Shown: positions 1-11,250 of the stretch, one piece after another | Layout: each line of letters begins with the position of its first letter | Numbering within the stretch: the stretch's first letter is position 1 | Origin: Planctomycetota bacterium | GTDB lineage: Bacteria > Planctomycetota > UBA1135 > UBA2386 | DNA: 64,000 bases | Assembly: GCA_031423015.1 (NCBI GenBank) | Contig: JANPER010000185.1 | Coordinates: 38,026 to 102,025 of the forward strand | Direction: 5' to 3' | Notes under the pieces: generated by a model | Databases searched by the model: none | Seen by the model: the letters and a program-made list of their open reading frames with translations, nothing else | Told to the model about the DNA's origin: nothing | Translations under genes and position numbers: made by a program

Positions 1-2503
<2,503 letters not shown>

Positions 2504-2508
2504 GTCCT

Positions 2509-2904
2509 TCAGGTCGTCGCCTTCAGGTTTGCTTGCACCCACCGCGCAAGATCATCGCGCGTGAAAGATCCGTCGGCGATCTTGAGCATCGCAGCCACGG
2601 CTTCGGGCTGGGCGGCGGTGAGTCCCAAACCGTTCTTCTCGAGGAACACACCCAGGCAGGTGAAAGCTGTGCGCTTGTTGCCGTCGAAGAACGGATGGTT
2701 CTTGGCCACACCCTCGGCATACGCCGCGGCAAGTAGGTGCCGCGGGGCGCCCTCGTATGCGAACAAGTTGCGCGGACGGTCGAGTGCGGACCGTAGGAGA
2801 CCCTCGTCGCGAATCCCAGGCAGACCACCGAACCGCCGGATCGCCATCGCGTGAAACATCAAGACCTCCTCGAAGGTGAGCCACCGAGGCTCCCCCGCAT
2901 TCAC
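2509..2904 (-). CDS. doc: Doc (death-on-curing) Fic-fold toxin
   Basis: 131-aa ORF with GTG start. Fic/Doc motif HPFFDGNKRTA. The start overlaps the stop of the upstream RHH gene (GTGA). It ends 5 nt before the kinase start. Confidence 0.9.
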   Translation of the reverse strand: MNAGEPRWLTFEEVLMFHAMAIRRFGGLPGIRDEGLLRSALDRPRNLFAYEGAPRHLLAAAYAEGVAKNHPFFDGNKRTAFTCLGVFLEKNGLGLTAAQPEAVAAMLKIADGSFTRDDLARWVQANLKATT

Positions 2905-3137
2905 TTCGAGAGTTCCCTGTAGGCGTCCTGGTAGCGATCCATGAAGCGACCTGCGAACTCGACCGACTTGGCGAACTCCGGGTCGGCGGTCGGTGCGGGC
3001 TGTTCGAGGTCAGCGCGGATCAGCGCCGCGAGATACTCGGAGACGTCATGGCCGTTGACTCTCTCGACAAGCTTGCGCATCAGCTCTTCGGGGAATTGCA
3101 CGGTCAAGTCCGTCTTGCGGTTGGGTCCGAGCGTCAT
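2901..3137 (-). CDS. ribbon-helix-helix type antitoxin paired with Doc
   Basis: The ORF track gives 2901..3254. I prefer the internal ATG at 3137 (MTLGPNRKTDLTVQFPEELMRKLVERV...VSEYLAALIRADL), because the upstream part is Arg/Ala-rich. 4-nt overlap with doc. Confidence 0.7.
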   Translation of the reverse strand: MTLGPNRKTDLTVQFPEELMRKLVERVNGHDVSEYLAALIRADLEQPAPTADPEFAKSVEFAGRFMDRYQDAYRELSK

Positions 3138-3363
3138 GGCAAGGCTACGAATCAGTGACTTCTTGGATGCGCGGGTAAGCACGGCCAGTGTAGCACGGCT
3201 GCGACCGCCATCGAGAGCGCGAGGCGGACCGGCGAGCCGCCCCAGCCTTCGCACCAGGAACGCAGCCGGCGTGCAAACAATCTGCTCACCAAAGCTAAGG
3301 TATCGACATTCGTATCAGCCTCCAGGGCACCAAGGCCCTCGCTCGCCTCGCTCGATTCTCGGT

Positions 3364-4593
3364 ATGCCTCGCCCCTTCGCCCTCGCCCTCGCCCTCCTCG
3401 CCTTCGGTCCCGCCTGCGACCGCGGCACCGCCGCCGCCAGCGCGGGCGACGCCAACAAGAAGGCCGACGCCCGCCCTCCCCTGGTGCGGGTGCGCCCGGT
3501 CGAGGTGCGCAAGGTGCAGCGGGAGATCCGCGACACCGCCTACCTCGAGGCCGAGCGCCGGGTCACCGTGCAGACCAAAGTGGCGGGGCGCGTGACCGAC
3601 GTGCTGACCGACGAGGGGCAGCCGGTCACCAAGGGTCAAGTGCTGGCGCGGCTCGACGCGCGCGAGGCGCAGACCACGCTCACCCAGGTCGACGTGCAGC
3701 TCGCCGAAGCCAAGCTGCGCCTCGAACTGGCTGGGCTCGAAGCCGAGGCTTCGGCCGGACGCCTGCAGCAGGCGCGCATCGAGCGCGAGATGGCGGCCGC
3801 CGAGTTCAGGCGCAATTCGGGCATCGACCCGCAGGTGGTGTCGCCCAAGACCCTCGACGATTCCAAGTTCCTCGCCGAGAAGGCCGACGAGACGGTGCGC
3901 GTGGCCGACTTCGGCAAGCGCAAGGCCGACATCGAAGTGAAGGCCGCGGCCAACAAGATCGCCGAGCTGGAGAGCAAGCAGGCCGAGGTCAGGCTGCAAC
4001 TCGCGGAGCACGAGATCTTGTCGCCGCTCGATGGCGTGCTGGTGCAACGCTCGGTAACCGGCGGCGAGACCGTGAGCTCCGCGAGCCCGCTCTTTGTCGT
4101 CGCCAACCCGCAGCGCCTGATCGCCTACATCAGCCGACCGCAGCGCGAGCTGCCGCTGGTGCGCAACGCCAAGGAGGTGCGGTTCACGACCGATGCCGAC
4201 CCCGACCACGAGTTCGTCGCCGACATCGACATGCTGAGCCCGGTGGTCGATGAAACCACCGGCTCGTTCAAGGTGCGCATGCGGGTGCGCGAGGCGGATG
4301 CCAAACGGCTGGTCGCCGGCATGTTCATCCGCGCCCGCGTGCTCACCGAAGAGTTGCGCGAAGCGCTGATGGTGCCCAAGGCCGCGGTGCTCGCCGAGGG
4401 CGAACGTTCCATCGTGTTCGCGGTGCGCGAGGGCCGCGCCGTCAAGGTGGTGCTGGATGCCGGCCTGGAGGAACGCGACTTCATCGAGTGTCGCAGCCGC
4501 GCCGACGACGGCCTGTCGCCGCAAGACAAGGTGATCGTCAGCGGCCACGAAGACCTCAAAGACCAAACCGCAGTCGAAGTCAGCCCGGATTGA
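3364..4593 (+). CDS. RND efflux periplasmic adaptor (HlyD/MFP family) lipoprotein
   Basis: Internal ATG of ORF 2941..4593. Lipobox MPRPFALALALLAFGPAC. Lipoyl-like hairpin VAGRVTDVLTDEGQPVTKGQVLARLD, a coiled-coil stretch, then a beta-barrel domain. Confidence 0.9.
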   Translation: MPRPFALALALLAFGPACDRGTAAASAGDANKKADARPPLVRVRPVEVRKVQREIRDTAYLEAERRVTVQTKVAGRVTDVLTDEGQPVTKGQVLARLDAREAQTTLTQVDVQLAEAKLRLELAGLEAEASAGRLQQARIEREMAAAEFRRNSGIDPQVVSPKTLDDSKFLAEKADETVRVADFGKRKADIEVKAAANKIAELESKQAEVRLQLAEHEILSPLDGVLVQRSVTGGETVSSASPLFVVANPQRLIAYISRPQRELPLVRNAKEVRFTTDADPDHEFVADIDMLSPVVDETTGSFKVRMRVREADAKRLVAGMFIRARVLTEELREALMVPKAAVLAEGERSIVFAVREGRAVKVVLDAGLEERDFIECRSRADDGLSPQDKVIVSGHEDLKDQTAVEVSPD

Positions 4594-4595
4594 GC

Positions 4596-7500
4596 ATGGA
4601 GACGCCACGCTCGTCGGTCTTCGACCTCACCGTCTCGCGGCCCATCGCCATCATCATGATGACGCTGGCGGCCGTGGTGTTCGGCATCGTTGGGTTGCTG
4701 CGGCTGCCCGTGAACCTGCTGCCCGACATCGCCTACCCGTCGCTCACCATCCGCACGCGCTATCCCGGTGCGGCGCCGCAAGACGTCGAGGAACGCGTGA
4801 GCGAGCGCGTGCAGGAGAGCGTCGCGGTGATCCAGGGCGTGCGCCGCGTGTACTCGGTGAGTCGGCCCGAGGTCAGCGACGTGATCTTGGAGTTCAACTG
4901 GGGCACCCGCATGACCGATGCGGTGGCCGACGTGCGCGAGCGCCTCGATCGCATCCAGCTGCCGCCGGAGACCGACGATCCGCTGGTCTTGCGCTACGAC
5001 CCGAGCCTCGACCCGGTGTTGACGATTGGCCTTTCGAGCCAAGCCACCGCAAGCGGCGGCGCGGGTCCAAGTCAAGTCGAGCTGCGCCGCATCGCCGAGG
5101 AGGAGATCGAACGCGAACTCGCCGAGGTCGACGGCGTCGCCGCCGTCAAGCTGCGCGGCGGCGACGAAGAAGAGATCCGCATCTCGATCGACGAGTCGGC
5201 GCTCACCAGCTACCGCCTCGACGCCTCGGTGATCGGTCAGCGCCTGCGCGCCGAGAACCTCAACGCCGCCGCCGGCTCGATCGACGAAGGCAGCACGGAG
5301 TATCTGGTGCGCGCCCTCAACGAGTTCCGCACGCTGGAGGAGATCGAAGATCTGATCCTGTTGCGGCGTGGCGATGTGAGCGTGCGCCTGCGCGACGTGG
5401 CGCGCGTGACCCGCGTACCGCAGGACAAAGAGGTCGTCAGCCGCGTCGATGGGCAGCCGTGTGTGCTGGTCGATGTCTACAAGGAGGCCGGCACCAACAT
5501 CGTCGAGCTTTGCCAGAAGGTGAAGGAACGCGTGCTCGGCAACGCCGCGCAGCGCCGCTACGTCGCCGACAAGAAGCACGAGGCGCCGCTGCCGGAGGCC
5601 GAGGTCAAGGTGCCGGACAAGGACAAAGCCGGCGGCGGCGGCGGTTCATGGGGCGGCGGCGAACGCATGCGCAAGCTGCGCGAGCGCCAGGAAATGACTG
5701 ACTACCTGACGTTCCAAGTCGCGCCGCTTGGCGTGCAGGTGACCACGCTGCAGGATCAATCGCACTTCATCGAAGACGCGATCGCCGACGTGCGCTCGAA
5801 CGCCGTCGACGGCGGCCTCATCGCCATCGCCATCCTTTACTTGTTCCTACGCAAGTTCGGGCCGACGGCGATCATCGCCGTCACCATCCCGATCAGCTTG
5901 GCGATCACCTTCGCGCCGATGTTCCTGTCGGGCACCACGATCAACATCATGTCGCTCGGAGGCCTGGCGCTCGGGGTGGGCAACCTGGTCGACAACTCGA
6001 TCGTGGTGCTGGAGTCGATCAATCGCTGCCGCGAGCAAGGCATGCACGCGGTGCGCGCAGCGATCGAAGGCACGCGCCGCGTCGCCGGGGCGGTGATCGC
6101 CAGCACGCTCACCACGGTGGCGGTGTTCTTTCCCATCGTGTTCGTCGAGGGCATGGCGGGGCAACTGTTTCGCGATCAGTCGCTCGCGGTCGTGTATGCG
6201 CAGATCGTGTCGCTGATCGTCGGGCTCACGTTGATTCCGATGCTGGCGGCGCGCGGCCACGGCACCGCTGTCGCAGCGGTCTCGCTACCGCCGATCGGCC
6301 GCGTCAATCGCTTCGTCGCCTGGTCGACCGCGGGGGTGATGCGGATCGCGCTGTTGGCGGTGCGCGGCGTGGGCCGTCTCTGCCAGCTCATCCTGTGGCC
6401 GTTCGCGTCGGCGTTCAACGTGGTGTACGGCGCGATCGATCGCCTGTATGAGCCGGTGTTGCGCGCAACGCTGCGCGTGCGTTGGCTGGTGATTCTGATT
6501 GCCGCCGGGCTGTTCGCGCTCAGCGTCAGCCGCGTCCAGCACCTCGGCAGCGAGCTGCTGCCGCAGGTGCATCAAGGCGAGGTCTACCTCGATGCGTTCC
6601 TCCGGCGCGATGCCACCGTGGAGCGCACCGACGAAGTGATGGCGCCGCTCGAGCGCCAGATCCGCCAGCTCCCCGACGTCGCGAGCACGTTCCTTGCCAG
6701 TGGTGTCGATCGCCAAGAGCTGAACGACTCCGACGAAGGCGAGCACAGCGCGCGCGTGCTGGTGCGCATGCGGCCCGACCGCGACCGCCCCCGCCAAGAG
6801 GAACGCGTGCGCAGCGCCATCCGCGACCTCGTGCTGCGCGAACCGCGCGTGCAGAACTTCCGCTTCGCGCACCCGAGCGTGCTGTCATTCGAGGCGCCGC
6901 TCGTGGTCGAGGTGCTCGGCCGCGACCTCGTGGAATTGCGGCGAGTGTGCGAAGACGTGGTGACCGCGCTGCAGCAGATCCCCGGCCTGCGCGACGTACG
7001 CTCGACCCTGCAGCGCGGCAACCCAGAGATCTCGCTGCGCCTCGACCGCGACAAGCTGGCCGCGCTCAAGCTCGACCTCGGCGCCGTGATCAAGACGCTG
7101 CAGACCAAGATCCTCGGCGAAGTGCCCACGCGCTTCCCCGAGCTGGAGCGCAAGATCGACATGCGCGTGCGCCTCGACCGCGCTGACCTGGAAACGACGC
7201 AGCGCCTGCTCGCGGTGAACGTCAATCCGGCCGGTACGCCCGTCGTGCCGCTCAGCAGCATCGCCACCGTGCATCGGCAGGAGGGCCCCAGCGAGATCCG
7301 CCGGCTCGGCAACCTGCGCGGCGCCGAGGTGCAGGCGACGTTGGTGGGTCTCGACCTCGGCCGCACCCAGGCCCGCGTCGACGACGCGCTGGGTACGCTG
7401 CCGATCCCACGCGACATCGTGGTGCGCCTCGGCGGTCAGAAAGACGACATGGCGCAGTCGCTGGCCAGCATGCGCATGGCCCTGCTGCTGGCGATCTTCC

Positions 7501-7979
7501 TGGTCTACATCGTGATGGCGGCGCAGTTCGAGAGCGTGGTGCAGCCGCTGGTGATCCTGTTCACCATGCCGCTCGCGGTGGTTGGCGTGGTGTTCGCGCT
7601 CGAAGTCTTCGCTATCCCCATCAGCGTGATCGTCTTGCTAGGCGCCATCGTGCTGGCGGGCATCGTGGTCAATAACGCCATCATCCTGATCGATCAGATC
7701 AACCAACTGCGCAGCGAAGGCGTGCCAAAGATGCGCGCGATCGTCGAAGGCGCGCACACGCGCCTGCGCCCGGTGATGATGACGACGCTGGCGACCTTGG
7801 TCGGCCTGCTGCCGATGACCGGCTGGTTGGCTAGCCTACCGCTGATCGGCGGCCAGCCTGAGGGCCTCGAACTACGCGCGCCGATGGCGATCACCATCAT
7901 CGCCGGCTTGACCTCGTCGACGATGTTGACGTTGCTGGTCATCCCAGTGATCTACTCGCTGTCGGACCGAAGGGCATGA
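4596..7979 (+). CDS. RND (AcrB/MdtB-type) inner-membrane efflux transporter, pump 1
   Basis: ATG 4596 lies 3 nt after the adaptor stop. N-terminus VFDLTVSRPIAIIMMTLAAVVFGIVGLLRLPVNLLPDIAYPSLTI. About 1127 aa with 12-TM RND architecture. Confidence 0.93.
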   Translation: METPRSSVFDLTVSRPIAIIMMTLAAVVFGIVGLLRLPVNLLPDIAYPSLTIRTRYPGAAPQDVEERVSERVQESVAVIQGVRRVYSVSRPEVSDVILEFNWGTRMTDAVADVRERLDRIQLPPETDDPLVLRYDPSLDPVLTIGLSSQATASGGAGPSQVELRRIAEEEIERELAEVDGVAAVKLRGGDEEEIRISIDESALTSYRLDASVIGQRLRAENLNAAAGSIDEGSTEYLVRALNEFRTLEEIEDLILLRRGDVSVRLRDVARVTRVPQDKEVVSRVDGQPCVLVDVYKEAGTNIVELCQKVKERVLGNAAQRRYVADKKHEAPLPEAEVKVPDKDKAGGGGGSWGGGERMRKLRERQEMTDYLTFQVAPLGVQVTTLQDQSHFIEDAIADVRSNAVDGGLIAIAILYLFLRKFGPTAIIAVTIPISLAITFAPMFLSGTTINIMSLGGLALGVGNLVDNSIVVLESINRCREQGMHAVRAAIEGTRRVAGAVIASTLTTVAVFFPIVFVEGMAGQLFRDQSLAVVYAQIVSLIVGLTLIPMLAARGHGTAVAAVSLPPIGRVNRFVAWSTAGVMRIALLAVRGVGRLCQLILWPFASAFNVVYGAIDRLYEPVLRATLRVRWLVILIAAGLFALSVSRVQHLGSELLPQVHQGEVYLDAFLRRDATVERTDEVMAPLERQIRQLPDVASTFLASGVDRQELNDSDEGEHSARVLVRMRPDRDRPRQEERVRSAIRDLVLREPRVQNFRFAHPSVLSFEAPLVVEVLGRDLVELRRVCEDVVTALQQIPGLRDVRSTLQRGNPEISLRLDRDKLAALKLDLGAVIKTLQTKILGEVPTRFPELERKIDMRVRLDRADLETTQRLLAVNVNPAGTPVVPLSSIATVHRQEGPSEIRRLGNLRGAEVQATLVGLDLGRTQARVDDALGTLPIPRDIVVRLGGQKDDMAQSLASMRMALLLAIFLVYIVMAAQFESVVQPLVILFTMPLAVVGVVFALEVFAIPISVIVLLGAIVLAGIVVNNAIILIDQINQLRSEGVPKMRAIVEGAHTRLRPVMMTTLATLVGLLPMTGWLASLPLIGGQPEGLELRAPMAITIIAGLTSSTMLTLLVIPVIYSLSDRRA

Positions 7980-10900
7980 TGCAAGACACGACGCCAGACA
8001 CGGCGCCAGACCACAAGCGCGGCGGCCTGTTCGCCCTGTTCGTCGACCGCCCGGTGCTCACCCTGATGATCACCGCGACGCTGTTTGCGCTCGGCGCCAT
8101 CGCGTTCACGCGCTTGCCGCTGCGTTTTCTGCCCGACGGCCTCACCCAGAACCGCGTGCGCATGTTCATTCCGATTGGGCAAAACATGTCGCCCAAGGAG
8201 GTCGAGGACAAAGTGCTCGATCCACTGGAGGAACAGCTACGCACCATCCCGGGCATCAAGGGCCTGCGCGGATCGGCCGGCAACGGGCGCGCGATGCTCG
8301 ACATCAGGCTCGACGCAGGCATGGATCCGACGCTGGCGGCGGCCGAAGTCCGCGACCGCGCCCAGCGCGCCAAGCTGCAATGGCCGCCGGAAGTCGACCG
8401 CTACTTCACCTGGAAGGAGGACGCCAGCAACATCCCGCTCGCGTTCTTCCAGATCCTCACCCCTGAGCGCAACCCGGATTGGGATCACCTGATCGAAGAC
8501 GTGGTGCGGCCGCGGTTGGAGTCGGTCGAGGGTGTCGGGCGCGTGGAGATGTGGGGCTCGCTCGTCGAGACGATCCGCATCTGGTTCGACCGCGACAAGC
8601 TGGCGGCGCACAACGTGCGCTTTCGCGAGTTGGTGCAGCGCTTGCGCGCCGACAACTTCACCGAACCGCTCGGCGAGATCGACAACGGCAGCGAGCGCCT
8701 GCTGGTACGGCTCGACGGCAAGTTCGACACGCTGCGCGACATCGAGGAGTTTCCGGTTGCCACCGGGCTGAAGCTCGGCGACATCGCGCGCGTCGAGAAG
8801 GTGCCGACGGTGCGCGACCGTGTCGCGCGCTACAACGGCAAGTTCACCTACTCGGGCATGATCCGCACCGCGGCTGGTATCAGCCCGGTGGACGCCAGCG
8901 CCAATCTGCACGCCGAGATTGCGCGTTTGCGTCAGGATCGCCGCCTGGTTGACGCTGAGTTCCGCTTCCTGCTCGATCAGGGCGAGTCCATCCGCGACAG
9001 CTTGGACACCCTGCTGTCCTCGGCATTGCAGGGCGCCGCGCTGGCGATCGTGGTGCTCTACTTGTTCCTGCGCAATCTGCGCTTCACCGTCACCATCGCG
9101 CTCGCCATTCCGTTGTCCCTGCTGATGGTCGGCGGCTACATGTTCTTCACCGGCGACAGCCTGAACGTGCTGACGATGGCGGGGATGACGTTGGCCGTCG
9201 GCATGGGGGTCGACAACTCGGTGGTTGTCTTGGAGAACATTCGCCGCCACCACGGTCTCGGGCTCAGCCTGCGCGCAGCGTGCATCGAGGGCGCACGCGA
9301 GATCGCGCTGGCGGTGATCATGTCGACGCTGGCCAGCGTCGTGGTGTTCGCGCCGGTGATCTTCATGACCACCAATCCGCAAGCGCGCATCCTCTTGGGC
9401 AGCGTGGGCATCCCGCTGTCGATCGCGCAGATCGGCAGCCTGGTGGTCGCTCTGCTGTTGCTGCCCTCGGGAGCACTCCACCTTGGTCGGATCGGCGGCG
9501 ACTTCGGCACGGGCGCCAAGGCAGGAGGCGTGGGCGCCCGGGTCGCGGTCATGAACCTGGCTCTGGTGCGTTGGTCGCTACGCCATCGCACGCTCGCGAC
9601 CCTGATCGGGATCGGCGTGCTGGCCCTGCTGATCGTGCCAATACAGAAACTCGACTTCGACGGCGGCGGCAACGCGGTGTTCCAAGGTGGCGATGTCACC
9701 GTCAACTTGGATTTGCCGCGCGGGATGACACTCGGCGCGGTCCTCGAGGAGATCGAGGGCTACGAGAACTTCCTCAACGCGCACAAGAACGAATGGCAGA
9801 TCGAAAGCGTGTCGTCGAGCTTCAACCGGCGCACCGCTCGGGTGGACGTGAAGCTGAACGCCGAGGTGCGCAAGAAGGAGTTCACCACGTATCGCGACCG
9901 CATCGAGAAGGGGTGGCCGCAGCGGCCCGGCGTCGAGGTCAGGCTCGCCAACCGCGGCGGCAGCCAGGACGGCGGCGGCGGCAGCGAGGAAGACAGCGAG
10001 CGCAACTTCGTGCTGCGGCTGTACGGGCGCGACAGCACCTATCTGACGCAGCTGGCGACGAATGTTCGCGACGACCTAGCGCTGCTGCCGACGGTGGCGA
10101 GCGTCGAGATCCCAGCGATGGACGACGCCGAGGAGGTGCAAGTGCGCGTGAACCGCGAGCGCTTGCAGGATCTACAGGTGCAGCCCGAGGTGCTGTTCGG
10201 CACGATCACTTCTGGCCTGCAGGGCCAGCTCATCACCAACTTCGAGGAGCAAGGCCGCGAGGTGCGCGTGATCGCCGAGTTCGATCATGGCGACCGCAAC
10301 CCAACCATGCTCGATCTCAAGGACACCGAGGTCTTCAGCAACACCGGCTCGTTCCAGCGCCTGGGTGACCTCGGCGAGGTCCGCTACGAGAAGGCGATGG
10401 CCGAGATCGAGCGCTTCGACGGCAAGACCAGCATCACCATCGTCGGCAAGCGCCAAGACGGCATCGGCCCCAAGGTGTTCAGCGAAGACATCCGCAAGAT
10501 CATGCGCCGCTATCCTCTGCCACGCGGCTGCTCATGGAGCGAGGACAGTGCGTTCCGCGAACAGGAGACCCAGATCCAGGAGCTGCTCCAGGCACTCGCG
10601 CTCGGAGTGCTGCTGGTCTTCCTGTTGATGGGAGTGCTGTTCGAATCGGTGATCCTGCCCGGCGCCATCCTGGTGACGATCCCGTTCGCAATCTTGGGCG
10701 CGCTGTGGTCACTGCTACTGTTCCACGGCAGCTACGATCCGTTGGCATTCATCGGCATCATCCTGCTGGCAGGCGTGGTGGTGAACAATGGGATCGTCTT
10801 GCTCGACTGCATCGAGCGCCTGCGCCGCAACGGGATGCCGCGGCAGGAGGCGATCCTCGAAGGCGTGCGCATCCGCATGCGGCCGATCACGATGACGGCG

Positions 10901-11137
10901 ATGACCACCGTGGTTGGGCTGCTGCCGATGGCGGTGTTCGGCGAGTCGACCGGCCGCGGCATCAGCTACGTGAGCATGTCGATCGCGGTCGCCGGCGGCC
11001 TGACGTTGTCGACGCTGTTCACCGCGTGGACAGTGCCGGTGGCGTACACGTTCTTCGATGACTTTGCGGGGTGGTTGCGGCAGGTTTGGGCGCGGGCGGT
11101 GGGCGGGCGGCGGGTCGAAGTGGTGGCGGCGAAGTGA
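7976..11137 (+). CDS. RND (AcrB/MdtC-type) inner-membrane efflux transporter, pump 2
   Basis: 1053-aa ORF whose ATGA start overlaps the stop of pump 1. N-terminus FVDRPVLTLMITATLFALGAIAFTRLPLRFLPDG. RND architecture. Confidence 0.93.
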   Translation: MMQDTTPDTAPDHKRGGLFALFVDRPVLTLMITATLFALGAIAFTRLPLRFLPDGLTQNRVRMFIPIGQNMSPKEVEDKVLDPLEEQLRTIPGIKGLRGSAGNGRAMLDIRLDAGMDPTLAAAEVRDRAQRAKLQWPPEVDRYFTWKEDASNIPLAFFQILTPERNPDWDHLIEDVVRPRLESVEGVGRVEMWGSLVETIRIWFDRDKLAAHNVRFRELVQRLRADNFTEPLGEIDNGSERLLVRLDGKFDTLRDIEEFPVATGLKLGDIARVEKVPTVRDRVARYNGKFTYSGMIRTAAGISPVDASANLHAEIARLRQDRRLVDAEFRFLLDQGESIRDSLDTLLSSALQGAALAIVVLYLFLRNLRFTVTIALAIPLSLLMVGGYMFFTGDSLNVLTMAGMTLAVGMGVDNSVVVLENIRRHHGLGLSLRAACIEGAREIALAVIMSTLASVVVFAPVIFMTTNPQARILLGSVGIPLSIAQIGSLVVALLLLPSGALHLGRIGGDFGTGAKAGGVGARVAVMNLALVRWSLRHRTLATLIGIGVLALLIVPIQKLDFDGGGNAVFQGGDVTVNLDLPRGMTLGAVLEEIEGYENFLNAHKNEWQIESVSSSFNRRTARVDVKLNAEVRKKEFTTYRDRIEKGWPQRPGVEVRLANRGGSQDGGGGSEEDSERNFVLRLYGRDSTYLTQLATNVRDDLALLPTVASVEIPAMDDAEEVQVRVNRERLQDLQVQPEVLFGTITSGLQGQLITNFEEQGREVRVIAEFDHGDRNPTMLDLKDTEVFSNTGSFQRLGDLGEVRYEKAMAEIERFDGKTSITIVGKRQDGIGPKVFSEDIRKIMRRYPLPRGCSWSEDSAFREQETQIQELLQALALGVLLVFLLMGVLFESVILPGAILVTIPFAILGALWSLLLFHGSYDPLAFIGIILLAGVVVNNGIVLLDCIERLRRNGMPRQEAILEGVRIRMRPITMTAMTTVVGLLPMAVFGESTGRGISYVSMSIAVAGGLTLSTLFTAWTVPVAYTFFDDFAGWLRQVWARAVGGRRVEVVAAK

Positions 11138-11250
11138 GAGCGGGCGGCGCCACGGCTGCGCCGATTTCTCAGCGGGAAGCGGTTTTTTGGCGGCGGCAGG
11201 TCACAACCGCGCCCGCCTCCTGATGCAGGAGTCAGACCAGCTCCAATATC

